From Verrucomicrobiota bacterium (GTDB lineage Bacteria > Verrucomicrobiota > Verrucomicrobiia > JAWXBN01), in the NCBI GenBank assembly GCA_034440155.1, contig JAWXBN010000053.1, forward strand, positions 20,031 to 84,030: DNA of 64,000 nucleotides, in the 5' to 3' direction. Shown piece after piece: positions 29,294-40,240 of this stretch; positions within the stretch are counted from its first letter, which is position 1, and the number at the start of each line of letters is the position of its first letter. A model generated the notes under the pieces. It ran no database searches, was not told where the DNA came from, and saw nothing but the letters and a program-made list of their open reading frames with translations. A program made the position numbers and the translations under genes.

Positions 29294-29477
29294 ATCCCTC
29301 TATCCTACCCGATCTCCTCAGCAATCAACAACACCCATCTCTCTCATATATTGAAACATTCACTACAGAAATATTTCCCCTTGTGAACTCCGAACAGGGA
29401 CTATGATCACTCACAAAACAATTTGCCCTTTATACCCTCGGCGTGCATGAAGATTTCACGATTAATTTCTGATCTTT

Positions 29478-31412
29478 TTAGGGGCTACGGCGTTCGAGGG
29501 TGGGATTATAGGGTCCGAGCAATTTGCGCGACCACCAGGCCCCGGTTTGTTTGTGTTCCTCCGGGGTGGTGAATTTGTAATCGTAAAGGATGGCGCGGAT
29601 GTAGCGGGGTGGGTGGCCAGCGAAGGGGTCCCTGCCGAGCAATTTGCATACGGGTTGAGATCCTTCCAAAATCCGGCCCTGTAAATTCAAGAGCCATGGG
29701 TTCGCCTGATAATCACCGAGGGAGGCGAACCACATTTGCCAGTCGAGGCGGGGTTGGAACGGGGCAATTTGTGGTGGTAGGCGGTTGACATCGCCGGGCT
29801 TATATTTGAATTCATAGGGCAACCAGTTGACCCCGTCATGGCTCCCCTCGATGACGATCTCCCGGCGTTCAGTCGTCATCACAGCAAAGAGGCCGTAACC
29901 ATTCACTATCCGGAATTGCCCAAGGTAGCGGTTCCACAGCGACACCCATTGAGGAGAGTTTATCCGGAAAGCACCCACCAGCGGGGCGATACTCATCCAA
30001 GTCACCAACACAGCGAGGGCAGGAATAATAATCCATCTTTTTAAAAAAATCTCCGGTTTGCAGGGCCGCCGACTTCCTGCCTCATCCACAATCTGCACTT
30101 TAGATCGCCTGTTTCTGAAAAGGCTGGAGAACCATTCCAATGCCTGATCGTCCCAACAGGTCAAAACTAACAAAAGGGTAAGCCAATTAAAAAAGGTATA
30201 ATTCCCTGTCAGTATTATCAGGACTTGGAGAAAGGCCAGTAGTCCCCCTGCCCCAAAACGCAAACGACGCGGGGCAAAAATAAAAAATGGCACGACTAGC
30301 TCGATAAAAAACATGCTACCCACGGAAAATTCCTGGAACCATCGGGGTAACTGGTGGGCATACCATGACACAGGATTGGGAATGGGTTGCGTAAAATAAT
30401 GAAAATCCAGTGCCCTCCAGTCAGCCCAGACTTTATCCCCACTGGAGAGCTTCACCACAGCGGAGGCGAACATGAGCCGGAAAAGGAGCCAACGATAGAG
30501 CCAGACAATCACCCGCGAGGGAGCAGGAGCAAATTGCCCACGGCCCGGGAAGAGCTTCCACGGGGCAAAAAAGATCGCCAAAAACCCCATCTCTAGCAAG
30601 AGGGCATCCCATTGGAAACCCATGAATGGTTCACCCACAGCACAAATCGATAGATAGAGGACAAAACAAATTGCTGCAGCAATTGCCGGGGCAATGTTAA
30701 TAACGAGGAACAAAGCGGCGACTACTCCCAACCACAATACAACCATGAGAACGGTGTCAGATTGGGAATACCAGAAGACGGATGGAATATACCAGAATCG
30801 AATCATATTCCCACCTTGTTGAGCTAAAGCCTCCTCCACGATTCGAGCATACTCGGCAACAGGCATGACGCCTTGGCTCCCAAATAATCCCAGCATCTGG
30901 GGAATCAGGGACAAAAAGGCAATGAGATAAACAATTCCCAGTCCCCTCAAGAAAAGAGATCGAATCATCAATACACGTGAAACATTCAGTTCCTCCCCCC
31001 AAAATAATAAAGTCAGCTTCGAAAAAAGCATACGGTTGGAGGCGACCACTCGATACACAGCCTCTGAGCAGCGGGCGAATGGCTGAAACCCCTGGTAAAA
31101 CCAAACCAAGAAGCAAAAGACTGGATTTAATGACAAAGCCCTGAAACAGGCCTCAGCTCCATGGTAAATCGCCCCACCTGTATCGATAAATTTCACTGAT
31201 TGAGCAAATTGCTCTTGGGTAATCTGAGGGAACAGAGGGCCTGCCTCTTGACTGGATCCTATTTGAAAACGTCCGAGGGCAATTTGTTGAAAGTAAAGGG
31301 CCCAGCGCTTGCAAAAACCACATTCCCCATCTATAATCAGCAAGTTCTGGGGTGCTGGATTTACGTGTGCATCATTAGTCACTAGAGGACAATTTGGCTC
31401 ATTTTCAGGCAT
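29478..31412 (-). CDS. fusion protein: DCC-type thiol-disulfide oxidoreductase (DUF393) + lipase maturation factor (LMF)-like polytopic membrane domain
   Basis: 644 aa. N-terminal LLIIDGECGFCKRWALYF (DUF393 CxxC), then about 10 TM with an LMF-like pattern (LIAFLSLIPQMLGLFGSQGVMP...). Confidence 0.55.
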   Translation of the reverse strand: MPENEPNCPLVTNDAHVNPAPQNLLIIDGECGFCKRWALYFQQIALGRFQIGSSQEAGPLFPQITQEQFAQSVKFIDTGGAIYHGAEACFRALSLNPVFCFLVWFYQGFQPFARCSEAVYRVVASNRMLFSKLTLLFWGEELNVSRVLMIRSLFLRGLGIVYLIAFLSLIPQMLGLFGSQGVMPVAEYARIVEEALAQQGGNMIRFWYIPSVFWYSQSDTVLMVVLWLGVVAALFLVINIAPAIAAAICFVLYLSICAVGEPFMGFQWDALLLEMGFLAIFFAPWKLFPGRGQFAPAPSRVIVWLYRWLLFRLMFASAVVKLSSGDKVWADWRALDFHYFTQPIPNPVSWYAHQLPRWFQEFSVGSMFFIELVVPFFIFAPRRLRFGAGGLLAFLQVLIILTGNYTFFNWLTLLLVLTCWDDQALEWFSSLFRNRRSKVQIVDEAGSRRPCKPEIFLKRWIIIPALAVLVTWMSIAPLVGAFRINSPQWVSLWNRYLGQFRIVNGYGLFAVMTTERREIVIEGSHDGVNWLPYEFKYKPGDVNRLPPQIAPFQPRLDWQMWFASLGDYQANPWLLNLQGRILEGSQPVCKLLGRDPFAGHPPRYIRAILYDYKFTTPEEHKQTGAWWSRKLLGPYNPTLERRSP

Positions 31413-31540
31413 AAAATCGAATCTAATCGTCTCGAATATGGCACTTTATAGATAAAATCATAGTCTTGAATCAAATTAATTGAATTTTCATATAACACTG
31501 ATATAATGGGATTTCAATCTCAGTACGTTTTTTCAAATCT

Positions 31541-31846
31541 ATGAAATCAAAAAATCGCATTAAAAAAGCATCGGTTAAAACTACTTCTTCATCAATCTTA
31601 ACATCAACCCCTGTGGTCGACATCTTACAGAAACCGAAATTTGTTTTCTGTACCTCTTGTGGCGTGAGACTGACGGAACTCAATCATATAGCCCCTTTTG
31701 ACGGGGTTTGTTCCGCTTGTAAAACTGCCCAAGGTCAAAAAGAAGCGGAGGCCGCCCGCCGTAAACAATCCCAGACAGTTGCCGGACTCAAGCACTCTAC
31801 CTATGTGCGTAAAGCCCTCAAGGCTATAGAGCCTTGGCTAAATTAA
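31541..31846 (+). CDS. hypothetical small zinc-ribbon protein
   Basis: 101 aa. CTSCGVRL...CSACK two CxxC pairs. K/R-rich C-terminus. Confidence 0.4.
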   Translation: MKSKNRIKKASVKTTSSSILTSTPVVDILQKPKFVFCTSCGVRLTELNHIAPFDGVCSACKTAQGQKEAEAARRKQSQTVAGLKHSTYVRKALKAIEPWLN

Positions 31847-31871
31847 TCAGCCGGTTTATCTTTAAATAACA

Positions 31872-31910
31872 AACCCCCCACTTTTTCGATAAAGTGGGGG
31901 GTTTTGTTTT
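31872..31910. terminator. bidirectional rho-independent terminator between convergent genes
   Basis: AACCCCCCACTTT-TTCGAT-AAAGTGGGGGGTT followed by TTGTTTT on plus strand and by T-rich run on minus strand. Confidence 0.65.
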
Positions 31911-31919
31911 AGATCGATA

Positions 31920-33341
31920 TCATGAATCTATATTGGCGAAGTATTCGTCGCGAACAGCACGGGCGACTTCCTTGCCGACATTATAATCGAACACACTGGG
32001 AATGATATTGTCCGGAGCCAGATCAGAAGGAGCCACACACCTTGCAATAGCGCGCGCTGCAGCTACTTTCATTCCTTCTGTAATCTTACGGGCCCTGACA
32101 TCGAGAGCACCCCGGAAAATCCCGGGGAAGGCTAGAACGTTATTGATCTGGTTAGGATAATCACTCCGGCCGGTCGCTACAATCGCCGCATATTTCATGG
32201 CTTCTTCAGGCGGGACTTCCGGTACTGGATTTGCCAGAGCAAAGACAAAACCATTTGGATTCATCGCCTTGAGCCATTGTGGCTCCACGATTCCTGGTCC
32301 CGAGACACCGACAAAAACATCCGATTTTTTTAGGCTTTCTTGAACGCCACCTTTTTCATTTTTAGGATTCGTATGATCGGCGAGCCACTTTTTCATGGGG
32401 TTAAGATCGGTACGTCCTTTATGGATCGCCCCCATCCTGTCACACATAATTATATTCGAGCAACCCGCGGACATCAAGATTTTGGCAATGGCCACCCCAG
32501 CAGCACCAGCACCGACAATGACAACTTTCAGTGACTTGATTTTTTTATTGGTTAATTTGCAGGCATTAATCATGGCGGCAAGGACCACAACAGCCGTCCC
32601 GTGCTGGTCATCATGGAAAACCGGTATATCGAGGCGTTCTTTAAGTTTCTCCTCTATTTCAAAACAACGTGGGGCAGAGATATCCTCGAGGTTGATTCCA
32701 CCGAATCCGGGGGAAATCCGGCAAATCGTTTCCACAATCTCATCGACATCCTTTGTACGTAAACAAATCGGATAAGCGTCCACAGCCCCGTATTCCTTAA
32801 AGAGCATGGCTTTACCTTCCATCACAGGCATTGCCGCTTCCGGGCCGATGTCACCGAGGCCAAGGACAGCGGTTCCATCTGTCACCACCGCGACGGAATT
32901 TTTCTTAATGGTGTAATCAAAAGCTTTGAGGGGATCTGCTGCAATGATCTGGCAAACACGTGCGACACCCGGGGTATAGGCCATTGAAAGGGTGTCACGG
33001 TTATCGAGGCGGAGCTTGCTACGGATCGCTATCTTACCACCCTCATGGATTTTCAGGACTTCATCCGTGACATCTTCGACGACAAGGGTCTTGATTTTCC
33101 GCAATGCCTTAACGATCAGGTCTGCATGCTTTTCATCAGCGGCGTGGAAAGTCACACGGCGATTCATCCGGTTATGAATGACCCCGAGTATCTCCACATT
33201 GCCCAAGTCACCCCCTTCGTCACCAATGACTTTTGTCACCCTTGCCAACATCCCCGGCAAATTTGGGTAATTCATTTTAATAATAAAGCTGTGACTAATA
33301 CTCGGTTTCGATGGTTTTTGAGAGCCTTGTTTTTTCTTCAT
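31920..33341 (-). CDS. NAD(P)-dependent malic enzyme (ACT-like N-terminal domain)
   Basis: 473 aa. [63 protein letters not shown] motifs of the malic enzyme family. Confidence 0.85.
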   Translation of the reverse strand: MKKKQGSQKPSKPSISHSFIIKMNYPNLPGMLARVTKVIGDEGGDLGNVEILGVIHNRMNRRVTFHAADEKHADLIVKALRKIKTLVVEDVTDEVLKIHEGGKIAIRSKLRLDNRDTLSMAYTPGVARVCQIIAADPLKAFDYTIKKNSVAVVTDGTAVLGLGDIGPEAAMPVMEGKAMLFKEYGAVDAYPICLRTKDVDEIVETICRISPGFGGINLEDISAPRCFEIEEKLKERLDIPVFHDDQHGTAVVVLAAMINACKLTNKKIKSLKVVIVGAGAAGVAIAKILMSAGCSNIIMCDRMGAIHKGRTDLNPMKKWLADHTNPKNEKGGVQESLKKSDVFVGVSGPGIVEPQWLKAMNPNGFVFALANPVPEVPPEEAMKYAAIVATGRSDYPNQINNVLAFPGIFRGALDVRARKITEGMKVAAARAIARCVAPSDLAPDNIIPSVFDYNVGKEVARAVRDEYFANIDS

Positions 33342-33502
33342 AACCGCACTCTTTCATTTTCCCTGATGGTTAAAAAAAGTTTTTGGCGGATTTACAATTT
33401 TCCGCACGACCTACATCATGGCAAGACACGCTCCCAAAATGAAGAAGCCAGATCGCGCCATCTCTTTTTTGCCAGACTATTTTTGTCCTACTTCATTTAG
33501 GA

Positions 33503-34957
33503 TTAAGCAAATTGTTTTGCTAAATCCACGAGTAATCGCACCCCGTAACCGGTGGCACCCTTGCCTTGGAAAACATGTTCCCTCGTCGTCCAAGCCACCC
33601 CGGCAATATCCAGATGGACCCAAGGTGTCTTTTCCGCCCAGAGCTCTAGGAATGCTGCCGCTGTAATGGCCCCCCCATAACGTCCCCCGACATTTTTAAC
33701 GTGGGCCACATCACTTTTTATCTGGTCATGGTATTCCGGTCCGATCGGCAGATGCCATGAGGGCTCTCCGCTACTCAGCGAAGCTTGTTTGACCTGTGCA
33801 ATAAATTCTTCATTATTCCCGAAAAGTCCGGCTTTGTATTCCCCTAGGGCCACAATACAGGCTCCTGTCAATGTCGCTAGGTCGATCATCGCTGCGGGTT
33901 CATATTTCTGGCGCGCGTAAGCCATGGCATCGGCTAGGACAATCCGTCCTTCCGCATCGGTGGTGAGCACTTCGATTGTCTTTCCGTCATAGCTGGTAAT
34001 AATGTCACCAGGACGGTAAGCATGGGCATCCAGGAGATTCTCCGCTGAAGAAATCAGGGCGACCACATTAATCGGGAGCTTTAGGGCGGCAATTGCACAA
34101 ATGGCCCCGAGGACGGCGACCCCACCCATTTTATCAAATTTCATCTCCTCCATCTTTTCCCATGGTTTGATGGATATTCCCCCGCTGTCGAAAGTAACAG
34201 CCTTCCCTACAAAAGCCAACGGCTTGGCTGATTTGTTTTTTGCCCCTTTATATTCCAATGCTATCAGGCGTGGCTCGCTCTTACTGCCACCGCCCACCGC
34301 CAATATCCCGCGAAAACCGCCCGCCTCGAGTTTCTTTTTATCAAAGACAGTGGCTTTGAGCTTGTATTTCTTCGCCAGCTTCAAGGCTTCATCCGCCAAG
34401 GTGGGAGGATTAATGTAGTTGCCCGGCAGGTTACCGATTTGCCTGACTATATTCACGCATTCTCCGACAATCTGTCCGTCATGGACAGCTTTGGTGACAC
34501 TCGCGACCTGATCTTTTGAAATTAAAAAACTAATCTCATCAACCTTCGCTTTCTTGGCATTTTTAGAATCCTTGAAACTGGTGAACTCATAAACACCTTG
34601 AAGAATACCCTCGACACAGGCTTGAGCAAATTGCTCCACACCGTCTAGGACAAATTGCGCGCGATAAACACCGATTTTATTCAATTGCCGGATGGCGACC
34701 CCGGATGCTTTGCGGAATGTATCATCATCAACCTTTTTCCCGTCACCGAGCCCGATTAAAAGGATTCTTTTTTTACCTTCCCTCAGAATGATGTGTGTAA
34801 ATTTTTTACCGGAAAATTCTTCCGGGGAAATTGCTTCGAGCTCCTTCAAGGGTGGCTTCGACGAGAATTCAGGGATAAATCCAACGACCGGTTGGGACTG
34901 GTCGGGTTGAGCGGAAGGTCTGATAGTAAAATTCATCATGTCCTGCACTATAAGCAA
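33503..34957 (-). CDS. pepA: leucyl aminopeptidase (M17)
   Basis: 484 aa. M17 signature TTDAEGRIVLADAMAYA and VGKAVTFDSGGISIK. Confidence 0.85.
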   Translation of the reverse strand: MLIVQDMMNFTIRPSAQPDQSQPVVGFIPEFSSKPPLKELEAISPEEFSGKKFTHIILREGKKRILLIGLGDGKKVDDDTFRKASGVAIRQLNKIGVYRAQFVLDGVEQFAQACVEGILQGVYEFTSFKDSKNAKKAKVDEISFLISKDQVASVTKAVHDGQIVGECVNIVRQIGNLPGNYINPPTLADEALKLAKKYKLKATVFDKKKLEAGGFRGILAVGGGSKSEPRLIALEYKGAKNKSAKPLAFVGKAVTFDSGGISIKPWEKMEEMKFDKMGGVAVLGAICAIAALKLPINVVALISSAENLLDAHAYRPGDIITSYDGKTIEVLTTDAEGRIVLADAMAYARQKYEPAAMIDLATLTGACIVALGEYKAGLFGNNEEFIAQVKQASLSSGEPSWHLPIGPEYHDQIKSDVAHVKNVGGRYGGAITAAAFLELWAEKTPWVHLDIAGVAWTTREHVFQGKGATGYGVRLLVDLAKQFA

Positions 34958-35083
34958 TTTGCGCGCCCGCGCAAGCTCCCAAGAAGACCCATCATGCCTC
35001 TTTTGATATTTTGATGCAAGTACCCATTGCCCTTATAATGGACTCCTGTGGTTCATGAGGAAAACACCCGAGGACTATAAAAT

Positions 35084-36610
35084 TCATTTTTTTCCTTTTT
35101 CTAGGGGAAGCCGTCCCATCCAGACTCCAGTTGCCACGTATTTCCACTCAAGCAAGGTGATAGGAGGAGGGGAATTTTCCGGTCCAAATTTAAGCATACG
35201 GTCTTCCTTCTTCATTTTTATCACCCAAGGCAATAAAGCCCTTACATCACGGTCATTCCACTTATAACACCTGAAAACTTCCAAATTATCAGGAGTCATC
35301 AATCCGGGTTCAAACCCCAAGACATATTTCCAGTTACCCTGTGGAAAATGATAAAACATCTCGTAGAAGAGCCCCATACTTTCATTATAAACGATCCCGT
35401 TTTTGCCGGGCAACCAATCACCCAGTTGTTCCGCCTTCTCCTCAGTAAAATATTCTTTATCCAGACTCGATGTCCATCGCTGCCCGTAATCATTTGTCGT
35501 CACAAAATAAAAAGCGGTACAGACATATAAAGTCATGAGGATTCTAGGGACAGGTCGTATTTTTAAATGAGAATCCCAGATTTTCTCAAACATGAAATAC
35601 AAACAGACCAACAATGCCGGGATACCCCAATCCGCCCAAAACCGGATATTGATAAAACCTAACAACCAACCAAGCGCAAAGAGGATAAATGCGGGTTCGC
35701 GGAATTGCCCCTTAGAAAATGTCTTTGTATAAACACTAGCAAAAAACACGGCAAAAAAGGCCATCAACACATTCAAAGAACCATCTGAAGGTCTAAATTC
35801 CCCCGCTAATTGTTTCTCAATCACATCGTCTCCCACGGCGGAAATAAGGGTTTGTACAGGTTCGATAAGATAGGGCAAGGGCCTTCCGGCAAACCATGTG
35901 CCTAATAGACTGCCTAATAACCAACACCCCGTAAAAACCAGTCCCAATCTGATCCGTCCTGACAAGAGAAAGGCCAGTGAAGGCAATGCAAATAAATACC
36001 AACTCCCGTGAGTATGGGTCACCAGCGCATAAAGGACGACCAACAAAACTACTTTTAACGGCTGGATCAATTTCCCCCCCCAGTATGACCACATAAACAA
36101 TAAAGAAATAGTAAATGCCATCGAGATGATAAATGGTCTGCCCAATGCCCAACGGAAGATCAGTCCCATTGTGAGGGAAATAATGAGGAGCGATAAAATC
36201 CAAAGTTCGGGATATTTTGTCCAAGGAAAAGCGGACCCCATAAACAATAGGAGGAGGAGGACAACCGAGAAAATCAATAACCCCGTAGTCCCCCATCCCA
36301 GGTAGTCATGAAAAAAGCCGAGAAAAACATGCCAACCATGATGATGGTCAGTCGTGACGCCGATTTTCAATACCAGAATGTCCTGCCAATCCTTCCCAGA
36401 AACCACTTTAGCAACATGACGCAAAGCATCATCTGGAGGTTGGTATCCCCTACCAATAATCTTGAGCGGAACCAGGATAATCGTAGTCAGACAAACAAAC
36501 AAAACGATCACGTTGATTCTCTGACCAATCAACTCGACTATGCTGGACTGAAACTTTTTCAGAGAAGAAAACATATCGTCAAGTTGGGGCATTGAGTTTT
36601 TGTAAAACAT
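35084..36610 (-). CDS. hypothetical polytopic membrane protein with C-terminal soluble domain
   Basis: 508 aa, about 11 TM segments, then about 120-aa hydrophilic C-terminus. No family recognised. Confidence 0.45.
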   Translation of the reverse strand: MFYKNSMPQLDDMFSSLKKFQSSIVELIGQRINVIVLFVCLTTIILVPLKIIGRGYQPPDDALRHVAKVVSGKDWQDILVLKIGVTTDHHHGWHVFLGFFHDYLGWGTTGLLIFSVVLLLLLFMGSAFPWTKYPELWILSLLIISLTMGLIFRWALGRPFIISMAFTISLLFMWSYWGGKLIQPLKVVLLVVLYALVTHTHGSWYLFALPSLAFLLSGRIRLGLVFTGCWLLGSLLGTWFAGRPLPYLIEPVQTLISAVGDDVIEKQLAGEFRPSDGSLNVLMAFFAVFFASVYTKTFSKGQFREPAFILFALGWLLGFINIRFWADWGIPALLVCLYFMFEKIWDSHLKIRPVPRILMTLYVCTAFYFVTTNDYGQRWTSSLDKEYFTEEKAEQLGDWLPGKNGIVYNESMGLFYEMFYHFPQGNWKYVLGFEPGLMTPDNLEVFRCYKWNDRDVRALLPWVIKMKKEDRMLKFGPENSPPPITLLEWKYVATGVWMGRLPLEKGKK

Positions 36611-36711
36611 TCACCCCCATAATCAAAGTAAAAAGAGGTAAAATACTTTCCTTCAAGCCGGCGAGTATATCCCCAATCATTTATTCTTATCAAACCTGAA
36701 ACAAACGCCTG

Positions 36712-37353
36712 TTATTGCCCTTGATTCTTCTCTTCTTGGGAAAATTGGCCTTCTGGAATAAACTTCAAAGATTCCCCGTTGATACAATAACGCAGTTTTG
36801 TCGGGGCAGGTCCATCAGGAAAAACATGTCCCAGATGCCCATCACAGCGGACACAGTGAACCTCCACACGTTCTATCCCGTGACTTTTATCATGTTCTTC
36901 GCCAATATTTTCAGCGGCAAAAGGCTGGAAAAAACTGGGCCAACCAGTACCAGAATCAAACTTTGTGTCTGACATAAAAAGGGGCAGGCTGCACGCGGCA
37001 CAGACATAAATTCCTTTCCCCTTGTTATTAAGCAAACCCTCACAAAAGGGGCGTTCAGTACCCTTTGAGCGCATGATGTGGAATTGTTCAGACGTGAGCA
37101 ACTTGCTCCATTCTTCATCTGTCTTGAGAATTGCGGGGACTTGTTTGGGTTCACTCGCATTTCCGGCGGACGTATAGAATCGGACTGTAACCATGGTATT
37201 TTTAGGGGGGTTGATTTTCTTTTCAGGGGTTTGATTACTTTGAGCTCTTTGCCCGTTCATAAACCAGGCAAATATGCAAATGGCGATTCCCAAAAATACG
37301 ATATCCTTGATGATACGATTTCGTGAGGTTATTTGCATTGTATATGATAACAT
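36712..37353 (-). CDS. msrB: membrane-anchored peptide-methionine (R)-S-oxide reductase
   Basis: 213 aa. N-terminal TM, then SelR domain with CxxC...CxxC zinc site and catalytic region (GTGWPSF...HLGHVFPDGP...RYCIN). Confidence 0.8.
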   Translation of the reverse strand: MLSYTMQITSRNRIIKDIVFLGIAICIFAWFMNGQRAQSNQTPEKKINPPKNTMVTVRFYTSAGNASEPKQVPAILKTDEEWSKLLTSEQFHIMRSKGTERPFCEGLLNNKGKGIYVCAACSLPLFMSDTKFDSGTGWPSFFQPFAAENIGEEHDKSHGIERVEVHCVRCDGHLGHVFPDGPAPTKLRYCINGESLKFIPEGQFSQEEKNQGQ

Positions 37354-37521
37354 TAAAACCTGTTTTGTCTCATAAAATATCAGTATTCATTTGAGCCGGA
37401 TCAGGTGTGATATCTGAAGCAAGCGAGTCATGATTTAAAGTAACTTAAGTGTTTGCCCTCCCGCAGGTGTAGTACTCATTAAAGAAAGAATGAATCAAAG
37501 AATCCCAACAAAAAGGTATAT

Positions 37522-37791
37522 ATGAATACAGTCAAATACTTGGTAGCAGCGACCCTCATCTCAGGTTCTTTAACCTTTGGTGTCATGGCGAACCAAAACA
37601 GCAAAGATAGCCTAGTCTATCAAAATGCCGGTGGCAATGTCTCAGCGAAACAACCAACCACTTTTAACGGTGCATCCCTTAGCTCTAAGACGTCATCAAA
37701 AAACACCTCAAGTGTTTCCCAGGTAAAAGTCGAAAAAAACTGCAGTAAACATAGTGCCAACAAAATGAACTGCACTATGCATTGCCAATAA
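37522..37791 (+). CDS. small secreted protein with Cys/His/Met-rich C-terminus
   Basis: 89 aa. Signal peptide, S/T/N-rich middle, C-terminal CSKHSANKMNCTMHCQ (possible metal-binding). Confidence 0.4.
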   Translation: MNTVKYLVAATLISGSLTFGVMANQNSKDSLVYQNAGGNVSAKQPTTFNGASLSSKTSSKNTSSVSQVKVEKNCSKHSANKMNCTMHCQ

Positions 37792-37916
37792 TACCACAAT
37801 GTCATTATCCAACGGGAGAGCCGGAGAACAACTACTCCGGCTTTATCATTTTGGACATTGGATCAGAAAAAAATGAATTTGAGTGTTTTATGTGGGAGTG
37901 GGGTATAACCCGTATG

Positions 37917-38204
37917 AATAAAATCAAAAGATCCGTCCGTTTAGCTGTCTTGGCCATGTTTTCGACCCTTTTACCTGTCTACGGTAGCGATTCAATTGAA
38001 ACTCAAAAGAAAAATTATCCCACAGACAAATGTGTAGTCTCCGATGAGAAACTCGGTGCAATGGGAGATCCTATCGAAAAAACCGTAAAAACCAGCAAGG
38101 GTGACCGTCTACTTTTACTCTGCTGCAAAGGTTGTATCAAAAAAGTGGATAAAGACCCCGAAACGTATGTTAAAAAGCTCGATGATCTACAAAATAAGAA
38201 ATAG
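37917..38204 (+). CDS. small secreted protein with CCKGC motif
   Basis: Likely start MNKIKRSVRLAVLAMFSTLLPVYG (signal peptide) inside the longer ORF 37782-38204. Mature part contains CVVSDEKLG...LLLCCKGCIKK. Confidence 0.4.
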   Translation, partial: NKIKRSVRLAVLAMFSTLLPVYGSDSIETQKKNYPTDKCVVSDEKLGAMGDPIEKTVKTSKGDRLLLLCCKGCIKKVDKDPETYVKKLDDLQNKK

Positions 38205-38228
38205 ACTCCTGTTCCAACCTCTTTTGTC

Positions 38229-38900
38229 ATGCGGAAAATCCCCCTTCACACTCATACCCTGTTATTATTGATATTCCTCGGTATGAATGTACAAGCGGGA
38301 AGCGGGTTTGAATCTTGGTTAAATATCTCACTGGGGCAACGATTGGATTATGGACTTGAGGCCAAAGTCGAAACTGAACAATGGTTCGCCAGTGAGTCTC
38401 CCACTTATAAACATATTGAAATCATGCCCCAACTCATCTGGCATTATTCACCCCGTTATGATTTCACTGTTGGTTATGCGTATGATTGGACACAACAATC
38501 AAATCGCATGATCACCGTCGGCAACAGCGGCTTCTTCGACACAACTGTCAAAATTCCATTCCAAAGATTCAACCTCAGTTCACGGCAAAGATTACAGTTC
38601 GGGACGGAAGCCACCGAGGAGGACCAAAACGGATTTGTCGCCCTTTACCGACCCAAAACTGTTCTCGAATATGAAATGCCTTGGTTACCCCTACGCCTGA
38701 TGCCGTTTGTGGCTGATGAGGTTTTTTTCGATATGAATACAGGGGTACTTCTTGAAAATAGGGCTCAAATCGGGGTCGCCTACCGTATCAATAAATCGTG
38801 GCGAATAGAAGTTTATGGTATGCGAGTGGACCAGTGGGATATGACGGGGGAAAATAGCAACTTCCCGGTCGCAGGACTGAACTTCGCAATGCAATTTTAA
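38229..38900 (+). CDS. small outer-membrane beta-barrel-like protein (DUF2490-like?)
   Basis: 223 aa. Signal peptide, alternating amphipathic beta-strand pattern, C-terminal ...LNFAMQF. Confidence 0.4.
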   Translation: MRKIPLHTHTLLLLIFLGMNVQAGSGFESWLNISLGQRLDYGLEAKVETEQWFASESPTYKHIEIMPQLIWHYSPRYDFTVGYAYDWTQQSNRMITVGNSGFFDTTVKIPFQRFNLSSRQRLQFGTEATEEDQNGFVALYRPKTVLEYEMPWLPLRLMPFVADEVFFDMNTGVLLENRAQIGVAYRINKSWRIEVYGMRVDQWDMTGENSNFPVAGLNFAMQF

Positions 38901-38942
38901 ATGGCAAAACACGTGAGATAAAACAGCTCGAAAATAATTTAT

Positions 38943-40238
38943 ATGCAAAATATTCTGATCACTATTCTTTTATCAATCATCCTGCTGGCGGGCTGTTCAC
39001 GATCTGATGAAAAACATGAAAACGATCAGGAATCGAACGGTTCAGGTAAAAAGCCAGAAACGCCGGTCGTACCCAAAAAAGAGATATGGACCTGCTCCAT
39101 GCATCCCCAGATCAGACAGGATAAACCCGGTGACTGTCCGATTTGCGGTATGACACTTGTCCCTGCAAAAGAAAACGTAAATCAGGTATCCCAAAATCAA
39201 GATCCTGCTTCTACAGCAAAGGCGACAGTTAGCCTAATGCCTTCCCAGGAAAGTGTTGCCAGCATAAAAACAATCCCGGTAAAATCCGGGCCTTACACTA
39301 GGGAGATCCAATTTTTCGGGGATATCAAATATGTTCAAGATAACCATCTTGATCTTACCTCATTTTATCCAGGCCGTGTAGAAAAAGTTCTCATAAGCTA
39401 TAATACAACCTCCGTATCAAAAGGCCAACCCCTCTTGGAAATCTATTCCGAAGATGTGATCAATGAACAGGAGAAATACCTCGAAGCCCTCCGGCAAAGA
39501 TACCTGACCACATTTTACGAACGTAAAATCGTCACCGCCAAAATCCAAACCATTAAAGAAAAACTCCTCAAGGGTGGCCTGACGGAAGAAGACCTTGAAT
39601 CCCTCGTGAAGGAAAATAAGGTCAAAAAAACAATCATCATCAAAGCGGCACAATCCGGTTCAATCGTCGGTCAAATCCCCCACGTGGGAGAACGGATCAC
39701 TCAGGAGTCTGTCATCTTCCATATTGCCCCCTTGGGAAAAGTATGGTTTGCTGCACGCGTTTTCGAAGCCGACATGACGTCCCTTAAGCCTGGCCAGAAA
39801 GCATCAATTGAAACAAAAGCACGTCCGGGGAAAACCTATGAGGGAAAACTGGTTTTCATCGACCGTATCCTCGATCCTACAAACCGAACTGTCCTCGCGC
39901 GCTTCGAAATCGACAACCCCAAACAAGAACTCCTCCCTGAAATGTCGGCGACTGGAAAAATCCAATCGGGAGACTCAAAGACTTATATACTCATCCCCTC
40001 CAGCGCTGTTATCGATACCGGCCTGCGGAAACTCGTTTACGTAAAAACGGGCGACTCGTCATATGATCAAAGGGAGGTCAAAGTAAGTGAAACTACCTCG
40101 GGACAAAGCGAAACAATGGCCATCTCAAGCGGCCTGAGCAACGGGGAGGAAGTCGTCACCTCCGGAGCCTTCCTCCTCGATGCAGAAGCTGAGCTACGCG
40201 GTCTTAATTCTGCCTCCCAACCTGAACACCAACACTAG
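38943..40238 (+). CDS. efflux RND periplasmic adaptor (CusB/ZneB-like) with N-terminal metal-binding CxxC domain
   Basis: 431 aa. Lipoprotein signal (LAGCS), then WTCSMHPQIRQDKPGDCPICGMTLVP (CusB-type N-terminal metal site), then MFP biotinyl-lipoyl and beta-barrel domains. Confidence 0.8.
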   Translation: MQNILITILLSIILLAGCSRSDEKHENDQESNGSGKKPETPVVPKKEIWTCSMHPQIRQDKPGDCPICGMTLVPAKENVNQVSQNQDPASTAKATVSLMPSQESVASIKTIPVKSGPYTREIQFFGDIKYVQDNHLDLTSFYPGRVEKVLISYNTTSVSKGQPLLEIYSEDVINEQEKYLEALRQRYLTTFYERKIVTAKIQTIKEKLLKGGLTEEDLESLVKENKVKKTIIIKAAQSGSIVGQIPHVGERITQESVIFHIAPLGKVWFAARVFEADMTSLKPGQKASIETKARPGKTYEGKLVFIDRILDPTNRTVLARFEIDNPKQELLPEMSATGKIQSGDSKTYILIPSSAVIDTGLRKLVYVKTGDSSYDQREVKVSETTSGQSETMAISSGLSNGEEVVTSGAFLLDAEAELRGLNSASQPEHQH

Positions 40239-40240
40239 CC

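Noticed and set aside
35817-36296. 159-aa minus-strand ORF
   Set aside because: Alternative frame within the 508-aa membrane protein gene; the longer frame has coherent TM periodicity.
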